Assembly (NCBI GenBank): GCA_902462015.1
Contig: CABPZV010000002.1
Span: forward strand, 1-45,745
Source: an uncultured Eubacteriales bacterium
GTDB lineage: Bacteria > Bacillota > Clostridia > Oscillospirales > CAG-272
DNA: 45,745 nt
Direction: 5' to 3'
A program made the translations under genes and the position numbers. Below, one piece after another: positions 8,704-17,900 of the stretch. The notes under the pieces are model-generated. The model ran no database searches, had not been told where the DNA came from, and was given only the letters and a program-made list of their open reading frames with translations. How positions within the stretch are numbered: the stretch's first letter is position 1; each line of letters opens with the position of its first letter.

Positions 8704-11700
8704 ATGTCAAAACGCACGGATATTAAGAAAATTATGATAATCGGTTCAGGACCTATAGTTATCGGACAAGCTGCTGAATTTGACTATGCTGGAACACAGG
8801 CATGTCTTGCTCTTAAAGAGGAAGGATATGAGGTGGTTCTTTGCAATTCAAACCCTGCGACAATAATGACGGATACGTCAATTGCCGATAAAGTATATAT
8901 GGAACCGCTGACCCTCGAATATATTGCGCGAATTCTAAGATATGAACGGCCAAATGCCATAATTCCTGGAATCGGAGGGCAAACCGGACTTAATTTAGCC
9001 ATGCAGCTTGAAAAAAAAGGTATACTTAAAGAATGTTCGGTAGAGCTTCTCGGCACGAGCAGCAGGAGTATTGAACAGGCGGAAGACCGCGAGCTTTTTA
9101 AAGAGCTTTGCCAATCAATCGGTGAACCTACAATTCCGTCTGAAATCACCTACTCCCTTGAAGAGGCAAAAAAGGCAGCGGCCAGCATCGGATATCCTGT
9201 TGTTCTTCGTCCTGCCTTTACTTTAGGAGGTACCGGAGGCGGATTTGCCAACAACGAAGAAGAGCTTACGGAAATCGGAGCAAACGCTTTTAAGCTTTCT
9301 CCTGTCCATCAGGTTCTGATAGAAAAAAGCGTAAAGGGTTTTAAAGAAATTGAGTTTGAAATGATGCGCGACAAAAACGACAACGTAATCACTGTCTGCG
9401 GAATGGAAAATATAGACCCGGTCGGAGTTCACACCGGAGATTCTATAGTCGTCGCTCCGATTATGACTTTAAATGACCATGACCTTAAAATGCTAAGCGA
9501 CAGCGCGGTAAAACTTATCAAGGCACTGAAAATCGAAGGCGGATGCAATATACAGTTTGCACTCAGTCCCGATTCAAGCGAATATTATCTTATAGAGGTA
9601 AACCCCAGAGTTTCCCGTTCCTCGGCGCTTGCATCCAAAGCAAGCGGTTACCCTATCGCCAAGGTTTCCGCAAAAGTTGCGGTCGGTATGTCTCTTGATG
9701 AAATTGTTATTGCGAACACAACAGCCGCCACAGCTCCGGTTCTCGATTATGTCGTTGCAAAGCTTCCGCGTTTTCCCTTCGACAAATTTGCCGCCGCTTC
9801 AAATGTTCTCGGTACCCAGATGAAAGCTACCGGAGAGGTTATGGGAATCGGCTCGTCACTTGAGGAATGTCTGCTCAAATCAGTAAGATGCCTTGAGACC
9901 GGCGCTTCTCATTTCTGGCTTTCAAAATTCGCAGACAAAAGAGAACAGGAGCTGATTGATTACCTTTCCGACTATAAAGATGACAGTATTTTTGCAATAG
10001 CTCAGCTGCTCCGGCTTGGCGCTCCGGTTTCAAAACTTCATGAAGTTACAAAAATCACCTCCTTTTTCCTTGAAGCACTGAAAAAAATTGTCGATACGGA
10101 GAAATATATCGCTCTCCACAAGGGAGACAGCACAGCACTTAAGAACGCAAAGAAAATGGGATTTTCCGATAAGACCATTGCTGGACTTTGGGAAACTGAT
10201 GAGATCAAAGTTTATGAAATGCGCCGCAGGGAAAATATCAGACCGGTATTTCGGATGGCGGATACGCTTCATACCGGAGCATACATTCCTTATTTCTACT
10301 CATCATATTCTGATGAGAACAAATCCGTTGTCACGGATAAAAAGAAAATTGTTGTACTTGGAGCAGGCCCGATTCGTATAGGACAGGGCGTTGAGTTTGA
10401 TTATTCTACTGTACATGCTGTCAAAACCATAAAGAAATGCGGATACGAAGCAATAATTATAAACAACAATCCTGAAACCGTTTCAACGGATTACACTACC
10501 GCCGATAAGCTGTATTTTGAACCTCTTACACCTGAGGATGTAATGAATATCGTCGAATTTGAAAATCCGGAGGGTGTAATTGCTTCCCTCGGCGGTCAGA
10601 CCGCTATAAATCTTGCAAGTCCGCTTCGTCAGCGGGGAGTTAAAATTATCGGCACCGGATGCGATGCAATAGACAAGGCAGAAGACCGCGATATGTTTGA
10701 AAAACTTCTTCTTTCGCTTAATATTCCGCGGCCTCAGGGCAAAGCCGTTACAAACATTGAGGACGGAGTCAGAGCTGCCGATGAAATCGGATATCCGGTT
10801 CTTGTCAGACCTTCGTTTGTTCTCGGCGGAAGAGCAATGCAGATTGTTTCCAACGAAGAACAGCTTCGTCATTACCTGAAAACAGCAGTTGAAATTGACG
10901 AAGATAAGCCGGTTCTTGTTGATAAATATATTGTCGGCAAAGAGGTTGAGGTCGATGCCATATGCGACGGTAGAGACGTTTTTGTCCCGGGAATTATGGA
11001 GCTTGTCGAACGGACCGGAGTTCACAGCGGAGATTCTATCAGCGTGTATCCCCCATTCAGCATTTCACCGAAAGTTAAAGGAACTATTCTGCAGTATGCT
11101 AAAAGACTTGGTCTCGGTATAGGAATTGAAGGACTTTTTAATGTGCAGTTTATTGTTGACAAGGATGAAAACGTCTATATTATAGAAGTAAATCCCCGTT
11201 CCTCCCGTACCGTACCGTTTCTTTCAAAGGCGACCGGATTCAGCCTTGCAGATATTGCAACAGAAGTTATTCTCGGAAAAAGCCTTAAGGAGCAGGGCAT
11301 ATTTGATATCTATCCTGAGGAAAAGAAAAGATGGTATGTTAAAGTTCCGGTATTTTCTTTCAGCAAAATACGCGGTCTTGACGCATACCTGTCCCCCGAA
11401 ATGAAATCTACAGGAGAAGCTATCGGATATGACAATAAACTGAACAGGGCTCTTTACAAAGCACTTCAGGCATCCGGAATGCATCTGCAAAATTACGGGA
11501 CAGTCTTTGCAACCATTTCTGACAGAGACAAAGAAGAAGCGCTGCCGCTTATCCGCCGGTTTTATAATCTCGGTTTCAATATTGAAGCCACAAACGGAAC
11601 TGCTGAATACCTAAAAAAGAATGGTATACGTACAAGAATTCTGCATAAAATCGGAGAGGGAAGCGACGATATTCCGACGGCTATCAGACAGGGACACATA

Positions 11701-11877
11701 GCGTATGTGATTAATACAAGCGACGTTGCGTCGCTGGGACAGCTTACAGACGGTTACAAAATCCGCACTCTGGCTACGGAAAACAATATTACAATGTTTA
11801 CAGCCCTTGACACGGTAAGAGTACTTCTGGATGTGCTTGAAGAGACAACGCTCTGCGTATCTACGATAGATTCTTAA
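8704..11877 (+). CDS. carB: carbamoyl-phosphate synthase large subunit
   Basis: 1057 aa. Duplicated ATP-grasp halves (IMIIGSGPIVIGQAAEFDYAGTQA ... IVVLGAGPIRIGQGVEFDY) and a C-terminal MGS-like domain. RBS GGAGGCAGAAAG. Confidence 0.95.
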   Translation: MSKRTDIKKIMIIGSGPIVIGQAAEFDYAGTQACLALKEEGYEVVLCNSNPATIMTDTSIADKVYMEPLTLEYIARILRYERPNAIIPGIGGQTGLNLAMQLEKKGILKECSVELLGTSSRSIEQAEDRELFKELCQSIGEPTIPSEITYSLEEAKKAAASIGYPVVLRPAFTLGGTGGGFANNEEELTEIGANAFKLSPVHQVLIEKSVKGFKEIEFEMMRDKNDNVITVCGMENIDPVGVHTGDSIVVAPIMTLNDHDLKMLSDSAVKLIKALKIEGGCNIQFALSPDSSEYYLIEVNPRVSRSSALASKASGYPIAKVSAKVAVGMSLDEIVIANTTAATAPVLDYVVAKLPRFPFDKFAAASNVLGTQMKATGEVMGIGSSLEECLLKSVRCLETGASHFWLSKFADKREQELIDYLSDYKDDSIFAIAQLLRLGAPVSKLHEVTKITSFFLEALKKIVDTEKYIALHKGDSTALKNAKKMGFSDKTIAGLWETDEIKVYEMRRRENIRPVFRMADTLHTGAYIPYFYSSYSDENKSVVTDKKKIVVLGAGPIRIGQGVEFDYSTVHAVKTIKKCGYEAIIINNNPETVSTDYTTADKLYFEPLTPEDVMNIVEFENPEGVIASLGGQTAINLASPLRQRGVKIIGTGCDAIDKAEDRDMFEKLLLSLNIPRPQGKAVTNIEDGVRAADEIGYPVLVRPSFVLGGRAMQIVSNEEQLRHYLKTAVEIDEDKPVLVDKYIVGKEVEVDAICDGRDVFVPGIMELVERTGVHSGDSISVYPPFSISPKVKGTILQYAKRLGLGIGIEGLFNVQFIVDKDENVYIIEVNPRSSRTVPFLSKATGFSLADIATEVILGKSLKEQGIFDIYPEEKKRWYVKVPVFSFSKIRGLDAYLSPEMKSTGEAIGYDNKLNRALYKALQASGMHLQNYGTVFATISDRDKEEALPLIRRFYNLGFNIEATNGTAEYLKKNGIRTRILHKIGEGSDDIPTAIRQGHIAYVINTSDVASLGQLTDGYKIRTLATENNITMFTALDTVRVLLDVLEETTLCVSTIDS

Positions 11878-11921
11878 AGAATACCGGGAATCACCACTGA
11901 AAACAGAAAGGAACTCTGAAA

Positions 11922-12659
11922 TTGAATCAGGTTATTTATACAGTTACAGAAAATATTTGTATTGCAAAAAAAACATATAAGATAATTCTCAGCGGAGATA
12001 CATCGGAAATTAAAGCACCAGGCCAGTTTGTTAACATAAAGCTTGACGGCTTTTTTCTCCGCCGACCGATATCGGTTTGCGATGCTGAAAACAATAACCT
12101 TACTCTGATCTTCAAAGCCGTCGGCGAAGGCACCGGGCAAATGAGCCGGATACAGCCAGGAGAAAAGCTTGATGTGCTTACAGGTCTTGGAAACGGATAC
12201 GATATTGAACCATCCGGTGACAGTCCGCTGCTTATCGGAGGAGGAGTTGGGATTCCTCCGCTCTATATGCTTTGTAAAAGACTGCTTGAAAAAGGAGTAA
12301 AGCCGTCTGTAATTCTCGGTTTCGGTACTGACGAAGAAGTGTTTTACGAGAATGAATTTAAAAAGCTCGGAGCGTCAGTATATTTGACAACAGCTGACGG
12401 AAGCCGCGGACAAAAGGGTTTTGTCACCGACGTTATGAAAAATCTGCATTATACCTATTTTTATGCGTGCGGACCTGAACCCATGTTCCGTGCAATCGAC
12501 AGAATTGCAGTAAGCGGAGGTCAATACAGCTTTGAAGAACGGATGGGCTGCGGTTTTGGAGCATGTATGGGCTGTTCCTGCAAAACGCTTGCCGGTAACA
12601 AGCGGATATGCAGAGAAGGGCCTGTTATGAGAAGAGAGGAGATTATATGGGAGCATTAA
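11922..12659 (+). CDS. pyrK: dihydroorotate dehydrogenase electron-transfer subunit (FAD/2Fe-2S)
   Basis: 245 aa, TTG start with RBS GAAAGGAA. RPISV FAD motif and C-terminal cluster CGFGACMGCSC...C. Confidence 0.85.
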   Translation: MNQVIYTVTENICIAKKTYKIILSGDTSEIKAPGQFVNIKLDGFFLRRPISVCDAENNNLTLIFKAVGEGTGQMSRIQPGEKLDVLTGLGNGYDIEPSGDSPLLIGGGVGIPPLYMLCKRLLEKGVKPSVILGFGTDEEVFYENEFKKLGASVYLTTADGSRGQKGFVTDVMKNLHYTYFYACGPEPMFRAIDRIAVSGGQYSFEERMGCGFGACMGCSCKTLAGNKRICREGPVMRREEIIWEH

Positions 12660-13582
12660 GTGTGAATCTGTGCGGCATAGAGCTTGACAATCCTGTTATT
12701 CCTGCCAGCGGTACGTTTGGTTACGGCCTGGAATTTTCTGAGCTTTATGATATAAATATACTCGGAACTTTCTCCTTTAAAGGAACGACTAAGGAACCTC
12801 GCTTTGGAAATCCCACTCCCCGTATCGCCGAATGCCCCTCAGGAATGCTCAACGCAGTAGGTCTTCAGAATCCCGGTGTCTGCGAGGTAAAAAAAGATAT
12901 TCTTCCAAAGCTTTCAGAGATATTTCATAAGAAAGTTATGGCCAATATCGGAGGTTTTTCGGAAAGCGAATATGTATATGTCTGCGAAATGCTTGACGAC
13001 TGTGAGCAGATCGGATGGTTTGAAGTAAATATAAGCTGTCCTAATGTTCACGGAGGCGGAATGAGCTTCGGAACTAACCCGGAAGCAGCAGCAAGAGTTA
13101 CCGCTGCGGTTAAGCGTGCTGTTAAAAAACCGGTAATTATTAAACTATCTCCGAACGTCACTGATATCGCGGAGCTTGCAAGAGCGTGTGAAGCTGCCGG
13201 TGCCGACGGTATAAGTCTTATAAATACTCTGCTCGGAATGAGAATTAATCTTAAAACGGGAAAACCGCTGCTTGCAAATAAAACCGGCGGCTTTTCGGGA
13301 AGCGCTTTATTCCCGGTCGCAGTGCGTATGGTATGGCAGGCTGCATCTGCTGTTAAAATTCCGGTCATAGGAATAGGGGGCGTGTCCTCCGCTGAGGACG
13401 TGCTTGAAATGATGTATGCCGGAGCTACCGCAGTTGAAGTAGGCGCTGCCAATCTTGTAAATCCCTTCGCATGCAGGGATATTATTCAGAATTTACCGGA
13501 AGTGATGAAAAAATATCGTATAGACAGACTTTCGGATATAGTAGGAGCGGCAACAGAAAGAAAAATTTCACAGTCTGTTTGA
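12647..13582 (+). CDS. pyrD: dihydroorotate dehydrogenase catalytic subunit (class 1B)
   Basis: MGALSVNLCGIELDNPVIPASGTFGYG..., NISCPNV, GIGGV motifs. The ATG at 12647 follows RBS GAGAGGAG and overlaps the pyrK stop. The track ORF start at 12608 is an upstream extension inside pyrK. Confidence 0.9.
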   Translation: MGALSVNLCGIELDNPVIPASGTFGYGLEFSELYDINILGTFSFKGTTKEPRFGNPTPRIAECPSGMLNAVGLQNPGVCEVKKDILPKLSEIFHKKVMANIGGFSESEYVYVCEMLDDCEQIGWFEVNISCPNVHGGGMSFGTNPEAAARVTAAVKRAVKKPVIIKLSPNVTDIAELARACEAAGADGISLINTLLGMRINLKTGKPLLANKTGGFSGSALFPVAVRMVWQAASAVKIPVIGIGGVSSAEDVLEMMYAGATAVEVGAANLVNPFACRDIIQNLPEVMKKYRIDRLSDIVGAATERKISQSV

Positions 13583-13706
13583 ACCGCCGGTGATACGCGA
13601 TATTTTCAAAGTATAGCGCCACGCTCAAAGTTCAGATGTAAATTTCAAAAAACGTAAAAATGGCAAAAAAATCAGTACGGACGGGAAAGAGAAGGATTGA
13701 ATTATA

Positions 13707-14405
13707 ATGGGTAAAGATGTAATTATAGCTTGTGATTTTTCCGATAAACACTCTGTAAAAGAGTTTCTTGACAAATTTAAAGAAAGAAAGCCGTATGTGA
13801 AGATCGGCATGGAGCTTTTCTATGCAGAAGGTCCGCAGATTGTAAAAGAGATAAAAGAAAGAGGACACAAAATCTTTTTGGACCTTAAGCTTCACGATAT
13901 TCCTAATACTGTAAAAAAAGCAATGCATGTTCTCTCTTCTCTTGAGGTCGATATGTGTAACCTTCACGCCGGCGGCACCTGCCGTATGATGGAAGCGGCA
14001 GTTGAAGGACTCACCCGTGATGATGGGACAAGACCGCTTCTGATTGCGGTTACCCAGCTTACTTCTACAGATCAGAGCAGCATGGAAACGGATTTGCTTA
14101 TTAAAGAGCCTGTTAACCGAGTAGTTATGCATTATGCTATAAATGCTAAGAAATCAGGCCTTGACGGCGTCGTATGCTCTCCGATGGAGGCAGAAAAGGT
14201 TCATTCCGTCTGTGGCTCAGATTTTCTTACGGTTACTCCCGGAGTACGGTTTGCCGACAGTGACAAAGGTGATCAACGCAGAGTTATGACTCCATCTGAA
14301 GCAAAAAAAATCGGCTCAGATTACATCGTTGTAGGCAGACCAATAACAGCGTCTGCAGATCCGGTTTCAGCATATAAACGATGCATTGAAGAATTCTGCG
14401 GTTGA
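13707..14405 (+). CDS. pyrF: orotidine 5'-phosphate decarboxylase
   Basis: 232 aa. IIACDF..., FLDLKLHDIPNTV, VVGRPI motifs. RBS GAGAAGGA. Confidence 0.9.
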   Translation: MGKDVIIACDFSDKHSVKEFLDKFKERKPYVKIGMELFYAEGPQIVKEIKERGHKIFLDLKLHDIPNTVKKAMHVLSSLEVDMCNLHAGGTCRMMEAAVEGLTRDDGTRPLLIAVTQLTSTDQSSMETDLLIKEPVNRVVMHYAINAKKSGLDGVVCSPMEAEKVHSVCGSDFLTVTPGVRFADSDKGDQRRVMTPSEAKKIGSDYIVVGRPITASADPVSAYKRCIEEFCG

Positions 14406-14484
14406 GAACCGAGAACCTTCATGAAAAGATCATGAATAATTAAATTCTGCAGCATTAAGTATACACCGCAGATGTTCAGACAAC

Positions 14485-14620
14485 TGCCGTGCTGCTAAAA
14501 GAGCCTTTTAATAAGGGCTGAAAGCCCGTTAAAAGGTGTTTCGGCGGCGGATTATTCCGCCACCGAAAAATGATGTGTAGCCCCCACCTATAAAGGTTAA
14601 CACTTTGACCGTTGAGTACA
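14485..14620. repeat. GC-rich double-hairpin intergenic insert between pyrF and pyrE
   Basis: Hairpin 1: CCTTTTAA-TAA-GGGCT-GAA-AGCCC-G-TTAAAAGG (14504-14536). Hairpin 2: TTTCGGCGGCGG-ATTATT-CCGCCACCGAAA (14539-14568). The tail ...CTTTGACCGTTGAG loosely resembles the CATTTGACGGGG end of the 6779/16345 repeat. Confidence 0.5.
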
Positions 14621-14657
14621 TACCGATATAATTATCCCATGAAAGGAAAAAATAATT

Positions 14658-15305
14658 ATGACAGATACAGAAAAGAAAATTGCGAGAGGTCTTCTCAGTA
14701 TAAAAGCGGTTTTTTTACGTCCAGATGACCCGTTTACCTGGGCAAGCGGTATTAAAAGTCCTGTCTATTGCGACAATAGGCTGATACTTACCGCCCCAAA
14801 TGTGCGAGCCGACGTGGAAAACGCGCTCGCAGATGTAGTAAGAGAAAACTACCCGGAAGCAGAACTTCTAATGGGTACATCTACAGCCGGAATTGCTCAC
14901 GCTGCCATTGTTGGTCATCTCATGGATCTTCCGATGGGATATGTACGCTCCGGTGCAAAGGATCACGGCCGGCAGAATCAGATCGAAGGGAAGCTTGAGG
15001 CAGGCGACAAAGTCGTCGTGGTTGAAGATCTCATTTCGACGGGCGGCAGTGTAATCGAGGTTGTAAATGTACTGCGCGAAGCCGGAGCAGTAGTGCTCGG
15101 AATCGTAAGTATATTTACATACGGAATGAAAAAAGGGCTTGAACGTTTAGCAGCGGCCGATGTGAAAAATTACAGCCTTACAAATTTTGATGTTGTTACT
15201 GAGGTGGCGGCAAACGACGGATATATAAATTCAGATGATGTAAAACGCCTGATCGCTTTTCGGGACAACCCGTCGGATGAATCATGGATTGTAAAAGGCA
15301 AGTAG
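14658..15305 (+). CDS. pyrE: orotate phosphoribosyltransferase
   Basis: 215 aa. PRPP-binding loop VVVVEDLISTGGS and SGIKSPVYCDNR. RBS GAAAGGAAAAA. Confidence 0.9.
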   Translation: MTDTEKKIARGLLSIKAVFLRPDDPFTWASGIKSPVYCDNRLILTAPNVRADVENALADVVRENYPEAELLMGTSTAGIAHAAIVGHLMDLPMGYVRSGAKDHGRQNQIEGKLEAGDKVVVVEDLISTGGSVIEVVNVLREAGAVVLGIVSIFTYGMKKGLERLAAADVKNYSLTNFDVVTEVAANDGYINSDDVKRLIAFRDNPSDESWIVKGK

Positions 15306-15402
15306 ACTAAGACGGCAGTAGAAAAGGCCTATTCATCTGTCCCAGACCTGTTGCCGACGATACAAATACTGATATAAACCAACGGAGGGAAATATTTCTC
15401 AA

Positions 15403-16320
15403 ATGAAGAATGTAATTAATATAATGGATTTATCTGTCGAAGAAATTGATCAGCTTATACACTGCGCTGACGATATTATAGATAATCGGATAAAATATCA
15501 GGATGCATGCAGACACAAAATTCTTGCAACCCTTTTCTTTGAGCCTTCCACCAGAACACGGCTCAGCTTTGAATCTGCCATGCTCTCTCTCGGCGGCAGT
15601 GTACTCGGCTTTTCCGAAGCATCTTCAAGCTCGGCTTCTAAGGGAGAAAGCGTCGCAGATACAATTTCGGTAGTAAGCGGCTATGCGGATATAATCGCAA
15701 TGCGCCATCCGAAAGAGGGCGCTCCCCTTGTAGCTTCTATGCATTCCGCAGTTCCGGTAATCAACGCGGGAGATGGCGGACATTATCATCCTACACAGAC
15801 TCTTACCGACCTTCTGACTATCCACCATGAGAAGGGGCATTTTGATAATCTCACAATCGGCTTGTGCGGCGACCTAAAATTCGGGCGTACCGTTCACTCG
15901 CTCATAGGCGCGATGTCTCGTTATTCCGGGGTAAGGTTTGTTTTGATTTCTCCGGAGGAGCTCAAGCTTCCAAGCTTTGTAAAACAGGAATATATAAAGC
16001 CGCAGGGCATTGAATATAGTCAGAGTACATCCCTTGAAGAGGTTATCGGAGAACTTGATATACTTTACATGACAAGAGTTCAGAAGGAACGTTTTTTCAA
16101 TGAAGAGGATTATCTGAGGTTGAAAGACAGTTATATTCTTACAGAAGATAAAATGAAACTTGCAAGAAACGATATGTGCGTTCTGCATCCTCTCCCGCGC
16201 GTAAATGAAATTTCAGTTGCGATTGACAGCGACCCGAGAGCATGTTATTTCAGACAGGCGCATTACGGCAGATATATCAGAATGGCGCTTATTATGAAGC
16301 TTTTGGGCATTGACGTCTGA
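15403..16320 (+). CDS. pyrB: aspartate carbamoyltransferase catalytic subunit
   Basis: 305 aa. [22 protein letters not shown] motifs. Confidence 0.95.
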   Translation: MKNVINIMDLSVEEIDQLIHCADDIIDNRIKYQDACRHKILATLFFEPSTRTRLSFESAMLSLGGSVLGFSEASSSSASKGESVADTISVVSGYADIIAMRHPKEGAPLVASMHSAVPVINAGDGGHYHPTQTLTDLLTIHHEKGHFDNLTIGLCGDLKFGRTVHSLIGAMSRYSGVRFVLISPEELKLPSFVKQEYIKPQGIEYSQSTSLEEVIGELDILYMTRVQKERFFNEEDYLRLKDSYILTEDKMKLARNDMCVLHPLPRVNEISVAIDSDPRACYFRQAHYGRYIRMALIMKLLGIDV

Positions 16321-16344
16321 GATTTATGGACAAGCTCTGAACTT

Positions 16345-16526
16345 TCAATAAGGGGCTTGCCCCGTCAAATGGCGTGGCAACCATTCAGTAGGAGATTGTA
16401 TCTCCCGCTGAATGGTGAAATGTAACCCGCCGCCATTAAAGCTGCCGCTCTAATGGCGATTGCCTTAAGAGGCGACCATCATTAAGGCTGTCGCCTTAAT
16501 GATGGGACATCTTGCCTAAATTATAA
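16345..16526 (-). repeat. structured GC-rich intergenic repeat, copy B (inverted relative to copy A), inserted between pyrB and pyrI
   Basis: The reverse complement aligns with 6779-6945. The core hairpin CCATTCAG-CG-GGAGAT-ACA-ATCTCC-TA-CTGAATGG is intact. Confidence 0.8.
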
Positions 16527-16547
16527 ATATTAAAAGAAAGGAAGAAT

Positions 16548-16970
16548 TTGATCATGAATATAGACAGCATAAAAAACGGAATCGTAATTGACCATATTGC
16601 AGCCGGTCTGGGAATGAAGCTGTACTTTCTTCTTGGACTTGATTCGCTTGACTGTTCGGTTGCAATTATAAAAAATGCGCCGAGCAGCAAGATGGGTAAA
16701 AAAGATATAATAAAAATAGATTCGTGTACATCCGTAAACTTTGATGTAATAGGATATGTTGACCCGAACGCTACGGTCAACATCATTAAGGACAGCAAGC
16801 TTGCAGAGAAAAAAACAATTGCAATGCCTGAAACTCTTACCAATGTAATAAAATGCAAAAATCCGAGATGTATCACCTCTGTCGAACAGGAGCTTCCTCA
16901 CGTCTTTAAGCTTACAGACCGTCAGGAAAAAATATACCGCTGCGCTTATTGCGAAACAAAAATAAACTGA
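16548..16970 (+). CDS. pyrI: aspartate carbamoyltransferase regulatory subunit
   Basis: 140 aa. IKNGIVIDHI..., KKDIIKI, C-terminal zinc motif CKNPRCIT...YRCAYCE. RBS AAAGGAAG. Confidence 0.9.
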   Translation: MIMNIDSIKNGIVIDHIAAGLGMKLYFLLGLDSLDCSVAIIKNAPSSKMGKKDIIKIDSCTSVNFDVIGYVDPNATVNIIKDSKLAEKKTIAMPETLTNVIKCKNPRCITSVEQELPHVFKLTDRQEKIYRCAYCETKIN

Positions 16971-16988
16971 AAATCTAAGTTGTGTGTC

Positions 16989-17017
16989 TTGACTTGCGAC
17001 GAAAAATCTGATATAAT
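16989..17017 (+). promoter_or_regulatory. sigma-A promoter of the pur operon
   Basis: TTGACT (16989-16994), 17-nt spacer ending in TGA (extended -10), TATAAT (17012-17017). Confidence 0.7.
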
Positions 17018-17034
17018 AATTTTGTAATATTTTG

Positions 17035-17122
17035 TTCTCTGCAACTGACGGATTATGCGGAAAACCGCAGGGGAGCAGAGAATGTTACAGAATTTTTCTG
17101 TATTAAGCCGACCGTCTGGGCA
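17035..17122 (+). promoter_or_regulatory. ZTP riboswitch (pfl motif) aptamer
   Basis: P1 TTCTCTGC/GCAGAGAA. AACTGACGG...GCGG-AAAA-CCGC-AGGGGAGC matches the pfl core (GACUGGCG...GGGGAGC). The 3' subdomain CCGACCGTCTGGGCA matches CCGnCCGCCUGGGCA, with GACGG/CCGTC covarying for the pseudoknot. Confidence 0.85.
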
Positions 17123-17162
17123 CACTTAACTCTCTGAGGTTAGGTGTGCCCTTTTCTGTTTT
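17118..17162 (+). terminator. riboswitch expression-platform terminator
   Basis: GGGCACACTTAAC (17118-17130) / GTTAGGTGTGCCC (17139-17151) followed by TTTTCTGTTTT. The 5' arm overlaps the aptamer's CTGGGCA, so ligand binding should prevent termination (ON switch). Confidence 0.8.
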
Positions 17163-17272
17163 AACAGTTGCCTCTGCAGGCCATCACCATTACAGTCGGA
17201 AATATCTTACTTTTAGTTATAACAGTTTACCGAATATCCGGATGACTGTCACGAAGGGAATTTTATATAGAA

Positions 17273-17773
17273 ATGAAAAAGGTAGGAATTATAATGGGCA
17301 GCAAAAGCGATCTGCCTATAGCCGAAAAGGCCGTTAATGTACTAAAATCTTTTAAAATACCTTATGAGGTACATGTGTACTCTGCTCACAGAACTCCCGA
17401 ACAGGCAAAGGAGTTTGCTCAGAAAGCGAGGGAAAACGGCTTTGGCGTTATTATTGCGGCAGCAGGTATGGCGGCCCATCTTGCCGGTGCTATTGCTGCA
17501 AACACTACGCTCCCGGTTATCGGTATACCCTGCGGTTCCCAGAATCTTGGCGGCATCGACGCTCTTCTTTCAACCGTACAAATGCCCTCGGGGATTCCTG
17601 TCGCCACAGTCGCTGTAAACGGAGGAGCTAATGCGGCTTTGCTTTCCGCCCAGATTCTTGCGCTTGAAGACGGAGGACTTGCTGAAAAATTGGACACAAA
17701 AAGAAAGTTGGACTCAGAAAATGTTCTCAAAAATGACGCTGAGATTTTCTCTCAGTTTGCAGCTGATATTTAG
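17273..17773 (+). CDS. purE: phosphoribosylaminoimidazole carboxylase/mutase PurE
   Basis: 166 aa. VGIIMGSKSDLP, SAHRTP, AAAGMAAHLAG motifs. Confidence 0.9.
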   Translation: MKKVGIIMGSKSDLPIAEKAVNVLKSFKIPYEVHVYSAHRTPEQAKEFAQKARENGFGVIIAAAGMAAHLAGAIAANTTLPVIGIPCGSQNLGGIDALLSTVQMPSGIPVATVAVNGGANAALLSAQILALEDGGLAEKLDTKRKLDSENVLKNDAEIFSQFAADI

Positions 17774-17900
17774 AAAAGGACAGCTGCTCTAAGAATTATT
17801 TTCTTAAATCAGAAAAATATATTGCTTTTGATAAGCTTTTATCAATATTATCTTTTATAGAATGTAAATAAAAAAGTCAGGAAAGGTATGGAGATATAAC

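Noticed and set aside
12608-12646. Upstream start for pyrD given in the ORF track
   Set aside because: It lies inside pyrK coding sequence. ATG 12647 has RBS GAGAGGAG and gives the canonical PyrD N-terminus.
13632-14132. 166-aa minus-strand ORF opposite pyrF (with similar long antisense ORFs at 7460-7948, 10483-11025, 13048-13452, 25673-26155, 28858-29280 and 31433-31888)
   Set aside because: All lie inside strongly supported + strand biosynthetic genes. They have no RBS and no recognisable motifs.
16496-16901. 126-aa and 123-aa minus-strand ORFs opposite pyrI
   Set aside because: They are antisense to pyrI, which has clear family motifs. The hydrophobic, low-complexity translations look like frame artefacts.
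17146-17337. 63-aa ORF between the ZTP riboswitch terminator and purE
   Set aside because: It starts inside the terminator hairpin and runs out of frame into purE. It has no RBS and is most likely leader RNA.
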